Part shown: one piece after another, positions 10,490 through 21,723 of the stretch | Layout of the letters: the number at the start of each line of letters is the position of its first letter | How positions within the stretch are numbered: the stretch's first letter is position 1 | Source of the DNA: Methylophilaceae bacterium | GTDB taxonomy: Bacteria; Pseudomonadota; Gammaproteobacteria; Burkholderiales; Methylophilaceae | Direction: 5' to 3' | DNA: 64,000 bases | Assembly: GCA_011391175.1 (NCBI GenBank) | Contig: JAABQZ010000001.1 | Coordinates: 5,915-69,914 of the forward strand | Program-made: the position numbers and the translations under genes | Notes under the pieces: model-generated | Database searches by the model: none | The model's input: only the letters and a program-made list of their open reading frames with translations | Told to the model about the DNA's origin: nothing

Positions 10490-11011
10490 ATGGCTGAATA
10501 CATACCAATACCAGAGCAACGAACAGAGGGTTACTTCCCTAATACCGGGAATACAATCATTGAACTCCATCGACTACTAGCAATTTTTTTGGCAAGTAAA
10601 AACTTTGCTAAATTATGTAAAAATTACCCTGGAGAAGGCTTTGACCCAATCCATAAGATTCAAGAAGTAGAAGAAGATGAAGTTACTAGAATCCTTCTAA
10701 GTCTCGCAATAACTGCTCGAGTTATAGACGACCGTGAAGATAGAGTGTTCGGGTTTCTTGGCTCCGATTGCGGAACACTACAAAAGAATACAGAGAACTT
10801 AGAAGCAGAAACTCTCGAATTAAGAGAAGCTTGCAACAAAATAATTCATGCTAAAACCGTGCGATTTGATGTTGAGGAACTTAATGTACAGCAATATTTA
10901 AATCCTATCATCTACCTATACGGTAGCACTCAAGGTAAGGAGTGGAGAGCTCAACTTGATGTTATCAAGTTCTGTAAAGAATATGTGTCAATTGTTTGTA
11001 AATTTTATTAA
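10490..11011 (+). CDS. Hypothetical protein, possibly HEPN-like
   Basis: 173-aa ORF starting 5 nt after the preceding stop; AT-richer codon style; [11 protein letters not shown] motif; overlaps rnhB 3' end by 24 nt. Confidence 0.65.
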   Translation: MAEYIPIPEQRTEGYFPNTGNTIIELHRLLAIFLASKNFAKLCKNYPGEGFDPIHKIQEVEEDEVTRILLSLAITARVIDDREDRVFGFLGSDCGTLQKNTENLEAETLELREACNKIIHAKTVRFDVEELNVQQYLNPIIYLYGSTQGKEWRAQLDVIKFCKEYVSIVCKFY

Positions 11012-11572
11012 AGCACGTACAGGCGCATAACTCAAACGATGTTGTGGGCAAATGCCATGTGCCTGCAAAGCCAATAGATGCTTAGGTGCGGGGTAGCCTT
11101 TATGCTGTGCAAAACCGTATTGAGGGTATTGTTTATCTAGCTCATACAACTCAGCATCACGCGCGACTTTTGCCAGAATTGATGCGGCTGAAATGGCTTG
11201 TACTTTGCTATCGCCCTTCACTATTGCTTCGCACGGCAAACTGATTTTGGGGCTTTTGTTGCCGTCTACCTGAACCAAATCTGGTGTGATATTAAACTGT
11301 ACTTGCATGGCCTCTATGGCGCGCTTCATAGCTAATAAACTAGCTTGAAGTATATTGATTTCATCGATTTCTTGGCAGGTGCAACTGGCAATGCCCCATG
11401 CCAGCGCTTTAGTTTTAATTTCGGCGCTTAAAAAATCACGCTTTTTCTCGGAGAGTTTTTTAGAATCCGCTAAACCTTCAATCGGATTATTCACATCTAA
11501 TATCACCGCCGCCGCGTATACGCTACCGGCTAGCGGCCCGCGCCCTGCTTCATCAACACCGCAAATTAGCAT
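10988..11572 (-). CDS. rnhB: Ribonuclease HII
   Basis: [31 protein letters not shown]. Confidence 0.97.
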   Translation of the reverse strand: MLICGVDEAGRGPLAGSVYAAAVILDVNNPIEGLADSKKLSEKKRDFLSAEIKTKALAWGIASCTCQEIDEINILQASLLAMKRAIEAMQVQFNITPDLVQVDGNKSPKISLPCEAIVKGDSKVQAISAASILAKVARDAELYELDKQYPQYGFAQHKGYPAPKHLLALQAHGICPQHRLSYAPVRALIKFTNN

Positions 11573-11603
11573 AATGCATCCGAATTATGCATTTTAGAAT
11601 TCT

Positions 11604-12827
11604 CTACAGATATGACAGCACAACCTGTGCAGCTTTTTTGGCGCTGTTTTGCTTTAAGCTTTTATGAATGCTGGTAAATTCCTGCTCGATTTCTTTAATG
11701 CGGGTTTTATCTACCAACAATAATGAAACAGCATCGGCCAGTTTTTGTGGCGTGGCTTCTTTTTGCAGCAGCTCTGGCACCACAAATTTACCCGCTAAAA
11801 TATTGGGCAACCCCACATAAGGCAAATAATTCATGCGCTTCAATATCCACCAGCTAAGTGTTGGCATGCGGTAGGTAATCACCATCGGACGCTTAAGTAG
11901 CGCCGCCTCTAGCGTGGCGGTGCCAGAAGCGACCAGCACCACATCGGCAGCTTGCATGGCATCGTGTGCATGGCCAAATAAAATATCGAGCTCCAAATGT
12001 TCTAGGTTGATACGCTCCGAACTCAAGTTTTCTGCATCAGCTTTATCCTGCAGACTTTTTTCTAAACTTACTTTTTCTAAAGTCATTCTTTCTTGTATAT
12101 TTTTATACAGCGCTTGTTCAAATATCTGCCTTGTTTCACGGGTAATGAGCGGGACTAGAAATTGAGTGTTTGCATTATCTTGGTGAATCATGAGCGCAGT
12201 TTTAACAAATAGATCTGCGTGCTGGTGCACTTCGGATTGGCGACTACCAGGCAACATGGCCACCACAAACTTTCCATTTTCAATCTTAAGTAAATCGCGC
12301 GCAGCCTGCTTGCTGGGCTTTAGCGGTATTTCATCAGCGAGCGGATGGCCAATAAAGGTAACAGGTACCTTGGCTTTTTCGTACAAGGCTGGCTCAAACG
12401 GAAACAGTGCCAGCATATGCGACACTGCGCGTTTAATTTTGCCCATGCGCCCGCCGCGCCAGGCCCAAATTGAGGGGCTAACATAGTGTATAGCTGGAAT
12501 GCCACGCTTTTTAAGTTGACGTTCTAGCCAAAAATTAAAATCTGGCGCATCCACACCAATAAAAATATCGGGTTTTTCGGCTAACAACTGTTTAAGTAAG
12601 CTTTTGCGTAACTTGAGCAAGCCGTATAAATGCTTTAGCACTTCTACATAGCCACGCACAGAGAGCTTTTCGATAGGGAATAAAGACTTGGCGCCTTCTG
12701 CCGCCATTTTTGGCCCTGCAATGCCGATAAAAGTTAAATCGCTACGTTGCGCTTTGAGCGCACGCATCAAATGACATCCCAGCAAGTCCCCAGAAGCCTC
12801 GCCGGCTACGATTGCAATTTTTGGCAT
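11604..12827 (-). CDS. lpxB: Lipid-A-disaccharide synthase
   Basis: AGEASGD, DAPDFN, YVSPSIWAWR, LPGSR, SGTATLE. Confidence 0.96.
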   Translation of the reverse strand: MPKIAIVAGEASGDLLGCHLMRALKAQRSDLTFIGIAGPKMAAEGAKSLFPIEKLSVRGYVEVLKHLYGLLKLRKSLLKQLLAEKPDIFIGVDAPDFNFWLERQLKKRGIPAIHYVSPSIWAWRGGRMGKIKRAVSHMLALFPFEPALYEKAKVPVTFIGHPLADEIPLKPSKQAARDLLKIENGKFVVAMLPGSRQSEVHQHADLFVKTALMIHQDNANTQFLVPLITRETRQIFEQALYKNIQERMTLEKVSLEKSLQDKADAENLSSERINLEHLELDILFGHAHDAMQAADVVLVASGTATLEAALLKRPMVITYRMPTLSWWILKRMNYLPYVGLPNILAGKFVVPELLQKEATPQKLADAVSLLLVDKTRIKEIEQEFTSIHKSLKQNSAKKAAQVVLSYL

Positions 12828-12844
12828 ACTACACTTAAAGAAGG

Positions 12845-13627
12845 TTAGCGGATAATTCCGCGGTTGCTGCTTATTAGAAATTCGCTTAATAATTTGATTT
12901 CTTTACAGCTTTTTTGCATCTCGGCCAATTCTAGCTTGGCTTCTTCTAAAGTTAAACTATTTCGATACAGTGTCTTATAGGCACGTTTAATTTGCAGTAT
13001 GGTATCAGCATCAAAGCCTCGTCGTTTTAAGCCCTCAGCGTTGATACCATGCGGTTGTGCGTCATAACCTGAGGCGGTGATGTATGGTGGAATATCTTTA
13101 AACACCACCGAACCCACTGCCGTAATCACATGTGCGCCAATTTTACAGAACTGATGAATCAGCGTAAAACCACCTAAAATTGCGTAATCGTGAATATCCA
13201 CGTGCCCTGCCAGCGAGCTATTGTTGGCCATAATGGTGTTGTTGCCAATCGTACAATCGTGCGCAATATGCACGTAGGCCATAATCCAGTTGTCATTACC
13301 GATTTTGGTGACGCCTTTATCTTGCACAGTGCCTCGGTTAAAGGTGCAGAACTCTCTAATGGTGTTGTTATCGCCAATTTCTAGTGTTGTGGGCTCGTCT
13401 TTATATTTTTTGTCTTGCGGTTGTTCGCCCAAGGATGAAAATTGAAAGATTTGATTGTTTTTACCAATGCTAGTTGGCCCTTTTAAAGCCACATGGCTAC
13501 CAATACGCGTGCCAGCGCCTACTTTAACCCCTGCACCAATCGTGGTGAAGGCACCTACTTCTACACTGAAATCCAGTTCAGCTTTGGGGTCAATAATAGC
13601 GCTTGGGTGAATTTTCACAGACGACAT
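12845..13627 (-). CDS. lpxA: UDP-N-acetylglucosamine O-acyltransferase
   Basis: Hexapeptide repeats; PQDKKY, HIAHDC, HQFC motifs. Confidence 0.97.
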   Translation of the reverse strand: MSSVKIHPSAIIDPKAELDFSVEVGAFTTIGAGVKVGAGTRIGSHVALKGPTSIGKNNQIFQFSSLGEQPQDKKYKDEPTTLEIGDNNTIREFCTFNRGTVQDKGVTKIGNDNWIMAYVHIAHDCTIGNNTIMANNSSLAGHVDIHDYAILGGFTLIHQFCKIGAHVITAVGSVVFKDIPPYITASGYDAQPHGINAEGLKRRGFDADTILQIKRAYKTLYRNSLTLEEAKLELAEMQKSCKEIKLLSEFLISSNRGIIR

Positions 13628-13695
13628 ACTTAATTTTTAACTTTAACTTATAGTTTTAATTATTTGATTTTACTTTATATTTTTATTTATAAATT

Positions 13696-14163
13696 TTATT
13701 TTTTATCAATAGCTTTTAAAATACACATCATACTTGCTTCTGCCACCACTACGCCATCTACTGTAGCTACGCCTGTGTATTTCCAGATTCCCTTAAGAAT
13801 ACGGTCGATTTTTACATTTAAAATAATTTGATCGCCAGGAGACACGGGTTTTTTAAAGCGGGCGCTGTCTATACCAGCAAAATAATACACAGAGTCATCG
13901 GTTGGCTTGCTGCCCATGGTTTTAAATGACAAGATTGCGGCGGCCTGCGCCATGGCTTCTACAATCAGCACGCCGGGCATGACTGGATGATAAGGAAAGT
14001 GACCAGGGAAAAATGGTTCATTCACGCTTACATTTTTTAGCGCCGTAATTTCTTTACCAATTTCCATCGAAACCACGCGGTCAATCAATACGAATGGGTA
14101 ACGGTGCGGTAAATGATCGAGGATTTCGTGAATATCCATACTGGTAGATGCAATATCTGTCAT
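13696..14163 (-). CDS. fabZ: 3-hydroxyacyl-ACP dehydratase
   Basis: [29 protein letters not shown]; ATG at 14163 preferred. Confidence 0.96.
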   Translation of the reverse strand: MTDIASTSMDIHEILDHLPHRYPFVLIDRVVSMEIGKEITALKNVSVNEPFFPGHFPYHPVMPGVLIVEAMAQAAAILSFKTMGSKPTDDSVYYFAGIDSARFKKPVSPGDQIILNVKIDRILKGIWKYTGVATVDGVVVAEASMMCILKAIDKK

Positions 14164-14173
14164 TTTAGATTCT

Positions 14174-15241
14174 CTATGTTTTTTTATCAGCAGCCAGTAT
14201 TGCAACCATCTGCTCTAAGGCTTTTATTTTATCTGTTAATTGGCTCAGATGGGGACTTAAGTGGCGAATATTTGCAGCTGTTTTTAGCCAATCCTCATGC
14301 GCTTGTGAGGGCATCAGCGCAGTATAAGTGCCCGCTTTGTGTATGGAGCGCATGATCATACTACCCGGGGAAATGGTCACTTCATCTGCAATCGTCAAAT
14401 GCCCTAAAATCATAGCGGCTCCACCAATTTTACAGTGCTTGCCAATAACTGCACTACCTGCAATACCTACGCAGCCAGCAATCACGGTATGCGCACCGAT
14501 ACGACAGTTGTGCGCAATTTGAATTAAGTTGTCTAGTTTTACGCCCTCTTCGATGACTGTATCGTCGATTGCACCACGATCTATAGTGGTATTAGCACCG
14601 ATATCGACGAAATCATGTATCACCACACGCCCTACCTGAGGAATTTTTACCCAGTGTTTTTTGCCATGATTGGCTTCTTCTGCATAGCCAAAACCATCGT
14701 TACCTATGACACAGCCCGAAAAAAAATGGCAGTTTTTGCCAATTTGCGTACCATGTTTAATGGTGACATTGGCTTCTAAGATAGTGTTATCCGCAATACT
14801 TGAATTTCGCTCAATCACACAACCAGAGCCAATGGTAACGTTGTTACCAAACGTTACATGATGCTCAATCACAACATGTGCGCCTATTCTACAACTTGCT
14901 GGCACGTTAGCAGAAGCTTCAATGACTGCACTGGCATGAATGCCATTAGGAGTAGCATAAACAGGATTTAGTAGTTGGGATACCTTTGCAAAATAAGCAT
15001 AAGGGTTATCGGTAATAATTTTAGGTAAGCTGGTTAAATCGGCGTGCTCAGGCCGAATAATCACAGCACCGGCAGCAGTACTAGTTAGCTGCACTTTATA
15101 TTTAGCATCGTTAAAAAAAGCAATGGCACCAGCTTGCGCTAATGCCAATGAGCCTACGCGAGATATTTGCGTGTCAGGATTGCCTGATATTGAACCACCA
15201 AGCTGTTGGACGATTTGCTGAAGCGATAAATTCGGATGCAT
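14174..15241 (-). CDS. lpxD: UDP-3-O-acylglucosamine N-acyltransferase
   Basis: [29 protein letters not shown]. Confidence 0.96.
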   Translation of the reverse strand: MHPNLSLQQIVQQLGGSISGNPDTQISRVGSLALAQAGAIAFFNDAKYKVQLTSTAAGAVIIRPEHADLTSLPKIITDNPYAYFAKVSQLLNPVYATPNGIHASAVIEASANVPASCRIGAHVVIEHHVTFGNNVTIGSGCVIERNSSIADNTILEANVTIKHGTQIGKNCHFFSGCVIGNDGFGYAEEANHGKKHWVKIPQVGRVVIHDFVDIGANTTIDRGAIDDTVIEEGVKLDNLIQIAHNCRIGAHTVIAGCVGIAGSAVIGKHCKIGGAAMILGHLTIADEVTISPGSMIMRSIHKAGTYTALMPSQAHEDWLKTAANIRHLSPHLSQLTDKIKALEQMVAILAADKKT

Positions 15242-15288
15242 TTGATATTTTCATACCGCAAATTTAAATACTATTTTTACCGAGCAAC

Positions 15289-15819
15289 TTATTTTTTACC
15301 TAGTAACTTGAGCACTTTGTCGGTAATATCAATTTTTTTGCTGGCATAGGCCACGCCGCTATATACCACTAGATCATAGCCGTCGGCTTCTGATACCGTC
15401 TGCACGGCTTTATTAATGCGGTCTTGCAGGTTAGCGAGTTCTTCATTTTTACGTAAGTTGATGTCCTCGCGTAGTTCGCGTTGCTTACGTTGGAACTCAA
15501 TTTTTAAGCTGGACACATCACGCTCTTTGTTACGGCGATCTGTTTCAGAAATAGTTAGCCTATCTTTGTCTAGCACAGTCTCAATATCCCGAATCTGTTT
15601 TTGCATACGATCTAATTCTTGTGATTTTGGACCAAACTCACGCTCAAGTTTTTTACCACTTTCTGCTGTTTGAGGTGCTTCTTGTAGGATTTTATCTACT
15701 TGCACATAGCCTATCTTAAGTTCTGCAGCATTTAAGCTTGCAGAAAATAAAAAAGCCGCTAATAATAGAATTTTAGGTAATAAAATCTTAGACTGGAAAT
15801 TCAATTTACTTCCCCTCAC
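15289..15819 (-). CDS. skp: Periplasmic chaperone Skp/OmpH
   Basis: Signal peptide, KIGYV, coiled coil, DITDKVL; position between bamA and lpxD; exact start uncertain. Confidence 0.92.
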   Translation of the reverse strand: MRGSKLNFQSKILLPKILLLAAFLFSASLNAAELKIGYVQVDKILQEAPQTAESGKKLEREFGPKSQELDRMQKQIRDIETVLDKDRLTISETDRRNKERDVSSLKIEFQRKQRELREDINLRKNEELANLQDRINKAVQTVSEADGYDLVVYSGVAYASKKIDITDKVLKLLGKK

Positions 15820-15919
15820 TGTTACTGTACACGCTACACATTATTACTAACTTGCTATACGTCAATTCTACATGCATTGGCTCTACTATTAAACTAGAAG
15901 CGCAAGTATATTAACTTAA

Positions 15920-18226
15920 TTAAAATTGTTGCCCAAGTTGAAACTGCAAGGTTTCTGTTCTATCTGTATCTGATGCGTTGAGTGCTTTAGCAAACACCAG
16001 TTTCAAAGGACCAAATGGAGAGAACCAGCTAATGCCTACGCCAGCGCCATATCTTAGCTCACCAAAATCGATACTCTCATTATTTCCATACACATTGCCT
16101 GCATCAATAAAAGCACTAAGACGAAATTGAGATGAATTTTTAATCAGTGGAACCGGAACAAATATCTCAGCGTTTCCCACAAACCGAGTTGTTCCACCAA
16201 CAGCAAAATCTTCATTAGTACCTGGATCAAAATCGCGTGGACCAATAGATCCATTTTCGTAGCCACGTACAGAGTTTACGCCACCCACATAAAAGTTTTT
16301 AAAGAATGGATATTCTTTATCGCCATAAGCATCTCCATAGCCTACTTCACCATTCAACATAAAGGTCACATTTTTAGTTATATCTTTATACCAAGTATGT
16401 TTATATTCAACTTTATAGTATTCCAAATCTAATACTGGTAAAGACACCTCTGCACTTAATCTTTGTAGCACGCCTTTGTTAGGAAACAAGACATTATCGC
16501 GCGAATCGTGTGACCAAGCTGCAGAGAGCTGTACTGAGTTACTGGTACAGCCACTTGCATTGCCGCAAAAATCTAAGTATTGCTTAGGGCTTTCCGAAGA
16601 TAATTCAATTTCGGTAAAGTCAGCAGTTAATCCTGCAGATATAAAATCTCTTTCACCTAGCGGCAAGCCAAAACGCACACCAGTACCGTATGAGCTACTA
16701 TTGTATGTACCAATATTGAGTGATTCCGTATCAACATCGCGTCGATATATATCGAATCCACGGCTTACGCCGTCAGGCGTAAAATAAGGGTCAGTATAAG
16801 AAAGTGAGTAGGTTTTATTAACTTGACCTGTATTCACTTGCAGTGACACACGGTTCCCAGTGCCTAAAAAGTTGGGTTGGTTCACAGTAACACCCAGCAC
16901 CACGCCTTCGTTACTTGATAAGCCTGCTCCAAACTGAATGCTACCTGTTGATTTTTCGGTTACATTTAAGTTCAAATCTACCTGGTCGGTAGTGCCAGGT
17001 ACAGGAGGCGTTTCAACATCCACCGTGTCGAAATATTGTAACCGCTCTAAACGCTCTTTTGATCGATTGATTTTATCCCCAGCATACCATGCAGACTCTA
17101 ATTGACGCATTTCGCGGCGCAACACAGAATCTCGTGTGCGCGTGTTGCCAGTTAGGTTGATGCGGCGCACATATACACGCTTACCAGGGTCAACAAAAAA
17201 AGTGAAAGCGGCAGTGTGGTCTTGTTTATTAATCTCAGGGATTGCATTTACATTAGAGAACGCATAACCCTCATTGCCCAGCCTGTCGCTAATGGCTTTG
17301 CTGGTTTCCGTCACTAATTGGCGGTTAAAAGTATCACCTTTACTGATTTTAACCAAAGGCTTCAAATCCTCTTCTGGCACTTGCAACTCACCAGCCAGCT
17401 TGACATCACTAATGGTGTACTTTTCACCCTCGGTAACATTAACAGTAATATAAATGTCTTGCTTATCTGGCGATATAGACACTTGTGTAGAATCAATCGA
17501 GAACTCTAAGTAACCCTGATTCATATAAAACGACTTCAGCGTTTCCAAATCTGCGGTAAGTTTTTGCTTAGAATATTGATCGTCTTTATTCCACCAGCTC
17601 ATCCAGTTTGGCGTAGTTAACAGAAACTCAGCACGTAAGTCTTCGGTAGTAAACACGTTATTACCTACAATATTGATGTCGCGAATTTTGGCAACAATAC
17701 CTTCTTCAATCTCAAACCTCACAGCCACGCGGTTGCGCTCTAAGGGAGAAACCACTGTTTTAACGGTGGCACCATATTTGCCTTGTGCTAAATATTGACG
17801 TTTAATTTCTTGCTCGGCGCGATCTAACTGGGATTTATCGAATATTAAGCCTTCAGAAATACCAATCTGCTTCAAACCTTCAGTCATTTTGTCTGATGGG
17901 AACGATTTATTGCCACTAAAATCGATTTTCGCAATAGCAGAACGCTCCTGCACCGTCACCACCAGCACATCACCATCGGCTTCGATACGTACATCTTTAA
18001 AAAAGCCTGTGTTATAAAGCGATTTAATCGCTTGCGTGGCTTTTTCTTCACTCATCACATCCCCCGCTTGCACGGGCAAATAAGTAAATATCGTCCCTGC
18101 TTCGGTGCGTTGCAAACCCTCTACACGGATATCTTTAATCACAAATGGCTCTAATGCAAGCGCTTGTTGGCTAAAAAGTGCAAAGATGAGTGCGGAAATA
18201 TGTCGCGTTTTAAATAAATGATTCAC
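15920..18226 (-). CDS. bamA: Outer membrane protein assembly factor BamA
   Basis: POTRA start FVIKDIRVEGLQR, VRGY motif, C-terminal QFQLGQQF; GTG at 18226 preferred over 18274. Confidence 0.96.
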   Translation of the reverse strand: MNHLFKTRHISALIFALFSQQALALEPFVIKDIRVEGLQRTEAGTIFTYLPVQAGDVMSEEKATQAIKSLYNTGFFKDVRIEADGDVLVVTVQERSAIAKIDFSGNKSFPSDKMTEGLKQIGISEGLIFDKSQLDRAEQEIKRQYLAQGKYGATVKTVVSPLERNRVAVRFEIEEGIVAKIRDINIVGNNVFTTEDLRAEFLLTTPNWMSWWNKDDQYSKQKLTADLETLKSFYMNQGYLEFSIDSTQVSISPDKQDIYITVNVTEGEKYTISDVKLAGELQVPEEDLKPLVKISKGDTFNRQLVTETSKAISDRLGNEGYAFSNVNAIPEINKQDHTAAFTFFVDPGKRVYVRRINLTGNTRTRDSVLRREMRQLESAWYAGDKINRSKERLERLQYFDTVDVETPPVPGTTDQVDLNLNVTEKSTGSIQFGAGLSSNEGVVLGVTVNQPNFLGTGNRVSLQVNTGQVNKTYSLSYTDPYFTPDGVSRGFDIYRRDVDTESLNIGTYNSSSYGTGVRFGLPLGERDFISAGLTADFTEIELSSESPKQYLDFCGNASGCTSNSVQLSAAWSHDSRDNVLFPNKGVLQRLSAEVSLPVLDLEYYKVEYKHTWYKDITKNVTFMLNGEVGYGDAYGDKEYPFFKNFYVGGVNSVRGYENGSIGPRDFDPGTNEDFAVGGTTRFVGNAEIFVPVPLIKNSSQFRLSAFIDAGNVYGNNESIDFGELRYGAGVGISWFSPFGPLKLVFAKALNASDTDRTETLQFQLGQQF

Positions 18227-18280
18227 TGTAAACAAATTATGTGTCCATGTTTGATGAAGTAGTCTATCAAGCAAAAGTTA

Positions 18281-19669
18281 TCAATTAAGCAACCTGTTGA
18301 AATCGTTAAATATCGCCAACGTCATCAATAAGCCGAGTATAGCAAAGCCTATTTTTTGACCTGCCAGCATGATGCTTTCTGAGACTGGTGAGCCTTTAAA
18401 AATCTCAACCGTATAATACATCAAATGACCGCCATCTAACACTGGTATTGGCAAAAGGTTAAGTACGCCAATGCTAATACTGACTAAAGCTAAAAAGCTT
18501 AAAAACGTTTTTAAACCCATGTGGGCACTTTTTCCAGCATAGTCGGCAATGGTGACTGGGCCACTAATGCTTTTTAATGACACTTGCCCCAGCAGCAATT
18601 TACCAAGCATCTTAAGACTAAAAACTGAGGTGTCCCAAGTTTTACTGACTGCTTTTTGTAAGCTTACCAGTGGCGAATAATTGAATTTCACCAATAGTTT
18701 GTCCAATTCTTTTTGGTCTATCTTCACTGCTGCGCCCATGCGACCCACACTTTTGCTATCTTCTTTTACTTTTTCGGGCGTTGCGGCAATACGCAACGTT
18801 TTTTGCGCGCGTTCAATCTCAAACCAGAGTTTTTTGTTCGGGCTGGTTTTAACAATATTCACTACTTGTTGCCAATCGGTAATTGTCACGCCATCTATAC
18901 TTATGATCTTATCCTCTACCCTAAAACCTGCTTTTTCTGCAGTGCTATCAGGCAGAATCTCGCCAATCACCGCAGGGATAGTCGGTCGATACTCTTCCAA
19001 ACCGATTTTCTTAAGCACATCCACTTCGCTGTCATTATTAACGCCTGCGAAGCTCAAGGTATGTTGAAACAGTTCATTGTTTTGATTGATGGCTTCGATT
19101 ACTACACTTTTATTTTCGAGTGACTCTTCAAGCAGTATCCAGCGTGCTTCTTGCCAAGAACTTACAGGCTCACCATTGATTTTTTGTAAGATCTCGCCAG
19201 AAGTTAAGCTAGCTTGCGCTGCCAACCCGTTACTCATCACCTCACCAATAATGGGCCGCGTGCCTGTAACCCCCAGCATGAACAAGACCCAATACAGTAC
19301 AATCGCCAGCAGTAAATTTGCTAGCGGCCCTGCAATGACAATGGCGATGCGCTTCCAGACACTTTGCCGATTAAACGCGCGCTGCAACTCTGTTTCAGAG
19401 TAATTGATTTTAGGTAGTTCTGGGTTGGCTGCTTGCTCTGCTTTTAACTCACGCTCGTCGAGCATTTTTACAAAGCCACCTAGCGGAATCGCAGCCAATA
19501 CAAATTGCGTCTTATCTTTACTAAAGGTTTTTTGCCATAAAGGTTTACCAAAGCCAATTGAAAACTTAAGCACTTTGACGTCACACCAGCGTGCGACTTG
19601 AAAATGGCCATACTCATGAATGGTGACTAATAACCCGATGGTGACAACAAAGGCAACTAGCGTCATCAT
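18281..19669 (-). CDS. rseP: RIP metalloprotease RseP
   Basis: HEYGH, PDZ domains, NLLPIPVLDGG. Confidence 0.96.
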   Translation of the reverse strand: MMTLVAFVVTIGLLVTIHEYGHFQVARWCDVKVLKFSIGFGKPLWQKTFSKDKTQFVLAAIPLGGFVKMLDERELKAEQAANPELPKINYSETELQRAFNRQSVWKRIAIVIAGPLANLLLAIVLYWVLFMLGVTGTRPIIGEVMSNGLAAQASLTSGEILQKINGEPVSSWQEARWILLEESLENKSVVIEAINQNNELFQHTLSFAGVNNDSEVDVLKKIGLEEYRPTIPAVIGEILPDSTAEKAGFRVEDKIISIDGVTITDWQQVVNIVKTSPNKKLWFEIERAQKTLRIAATPEKVKEDSKSVGRMGAAVKIDQKELDKLLVKFNYSPLVSLQKAVSKTWDTSVFSLKMLGKLLLGQVSLKSISGPVTIADYAGKSAHMGLKTFLSFLALVSISIGVLNLLPIPVLDGGHLMYYTVEIFKGSPVSESIMLAGQKIGFAILGLLMTLAIFNDFNRLLN

Positions 19670-20895
19670 ACGGTTGCGATAAGCCTAGCGTTATTTTTTG
19701 AGGTATTCGCTTCGGCAAAGCGCCTTGCTACTGCATCCACTTCAATTAGTTGTGCTAGCGATGACACAGGCTCAGCAGGAATATGATCTAGTGCGTTTGC
19801 AATCAATTTGGGAATATCTAAAAAGTGAATTTGCTTACTTAAAAATGCTGCTACCGCCACTTCGTTGACGGCATTGAGAATGGTAGGTGCAGTGCCACCG
19901 AGTTCAAGCGCGTCATAAGCCAATTGTAAACATGGAAAGCGTTTAGTATCGGGCGCTTCAAATTCTAACTTAGCAATTTCCAACAAATTGAGTGAAGCTA
20001 CGCCAGAATCAATGCGACTAGGATAAGCCAAAGCATAGGCAATTGGTGTGCGCATATCTGGATTGCCCAGTTGCGCCAACACACTGCCATCTAGGTATTC
20101 CACCATCGAATGAATGACGCTTTGTGGATGCACGACGACGTCGATTTGATTGGGCTTCGCATTAAATAGCCAATGTGCCTCAATCACCTCCAGTCCCTTA
20201 TTCATCAGGCTGGCAGAATCAATGGTGATTTTTGCACCCATCACCCAATTAGGATGCTTTAAAGCTAACTCAGGTGTTACATTCTCCAATTGTGTTTGCG
20301 TGTAACCTCTAAATGGCCCGCCAGATGCAGTTAAAATGATTTTTTTAACGCCCATTGCATGCATATCGCTGGTAGCCAATAAATTAGCACTTGCTGGAGG
20401 CAACACTTGAAATATTGCATTATGCTCACTGTCAATTGGCAACAGAGTAGCCCCGCCTGCCTTGACTGCTTGCATAAATAAACTGCCCGCCATCACCAGC
20501 GTTTCTTTATTTGCCAACAATATACGTTTACCCGCTTTAGCTGCAGTCATGGCAGGTTTTAAGCCAGCCGCACCGACAATAGCCGCCATTACGCTATGTA
20601 CTTTGTCATCACTGGAAATTTGCTCTAACCCGCCAATGCCTGATAATACTTGGGTGTGACTGCCATATGCTTTTAATTGACTACGCAACTCATGGGCAGC
20701 TTTCTCGCTTAACATCACGGCATAGTTAGGCTTGTATTGGACGCATTGTTCAAACAGTGCTGTTACATTACTGTTGGCAGCTAGCGCGTAAGCCTTATAT
20801 AGATTGGGGTGGCGAGCAATCACATCTAATGTTTGCTTGCCGATGGTGCCCGTACTACCTAAAATAGTGATATTTTGCACTGTCGTTACGACCAT
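19666..20895 (-). CDS. dxr: 1-deoxy-D-xylulose-5-phosphate reductoisomerase
   Basis: ILGSTGTIG, LANKE, PIDSEH, TASGGPF, HPNWVMG, NKGLE. Confidence 0.97.
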   Translation of the reverse strand: MVVTTVQNITILGSTGTIGKQTLDVIARHPNLYKAYALAANSNVTALFEQCVQYKPNYAVMLSEKAAHELRSQLKAYGSHTQVLSGIGGLEQISSDDKVHSVMAAIVGAAGLKPAMTAAKAGKRILLANKETLVMAGSLFMQAVKAGGATLLPIDSEHNAIFQVLPPASANLLATSDMHAMGVKKIILTASGGPFRGYTQTQLENVTPELALKHPNWVMGAKITIDSASLMNKGLEVIEAHWLFNAKPNQIDVVVHPQSVIHSMVEYLDGSVLAQLGNPDMRTPIAYALAYPSRIDSGVASLNLLEIAKLEFEAPDTKRFPCLQLAYDALELGGTAPTILNAVNEVAVAAFLSKQIHFLDIPKLIANALDHIPAEPVSSLAQLIEVDAVARRFAEANTSKNNARLIATV

Positions 20896-21695
20896 AAGTT
20901 GTATACGTAAATCATTAAAATTGCGATGGGTAGGCTGGGAATGATGCCATCAATTCGATCTAAAATACCACCATGACCAGGCAACAATTGGCCGCTATCT
21001 TTCATATTGGCTTGGCGCTTTAACATAGACTCAAATAAGTCGCCAATAACACCAAAACTGGTGATTAGCCATAACGCTGGAAATATTGCGAAGTTATTGA
21101 TGTTGAATGTAAAGTATAAAATAATCCCATAAATAGTAACGGCAATCTGCGCACCCAGCACACCCTCCCATGTTTTTCCTGGACTAATGCTGGGGGCAAG
21201 TTTGTGCTTACCAAAATTTTTCCCAGCAAAATAGGCAGCGCTGTCTGCAATCCAAATCGTTGCAAGTAGTGCCAGCAATAACCGTGGATCTGCACCTTTT
21301 GCGCAAATTAGCGCAAACCAAATTGACGCCATCAACAAAAGCCCCAGTAATGCTAGCACGTATTTGTTAACTACCCATTTCTTAGCTAGCCAGATTGGTA
21401 CAACCAGCGTCCAAAATAAAGCCACAATAAAAAAAACATTAAGTGATTTGAAGAAAAACCAATGGAAGCCATGTTGACCCAGCATCTGCACTGCAATGAG
21501 CCCTGCCACAGTAAAAACAGCCAAATAAATAGTACGCTGTTTAGTGAGCAATTGAATCATGCCAGCCCACTCATTTAAGGCCAGCAAAGCTAACACCAAC
21601 ATGCCATACGCCCAATAGGTATTGGAAAGCGTAAATAACGCAGGAATGAAGACAGCAACCAGCATTAATGCGGTGATGATGCGCGTCTTAAGCAT
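20886..21695 (-). CDS. cdsA: Phosphatidate cytidylyltransferase
   Basis: SPGKTWEG, KDSGQLLPGHGGILDRID. Confidence 0.96.
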   Translation of the reverse strand: MLKTRIITALMLVAVFIPALFTLSNTYWAYGMLVLALLALNEWAGMIQLLTKQRTIYLAVFTVAGLIAVQMLGQHGFHWFFFKSLNVFFIVALFWTLVVPIWLAKKWVVNKYVLALLGLLLMASIWFALICAKGADPRLLLALLATIWIADSAAYFAGKNFGKHKLAPSISPGKTWEGVLGAQIAVTIYGIILYFTFNINNFAIFPALWLITSFGVIGDLFESMLKRQANMKDSGQLLPGHGGILDRIDGIIPSLPIAILMIYVYNLWS

Positions 21696-21723
21696 GATTT
21701 TTAAACATAATTTGAGCTAAGCA

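Noticed and set aside
13628-13695. Very AT-rich fabZ-lpxA spacer as an origin or regulatory element
   Set aside because: No DnaA boxes or defined motif; consistent with a low-complexity spacer.
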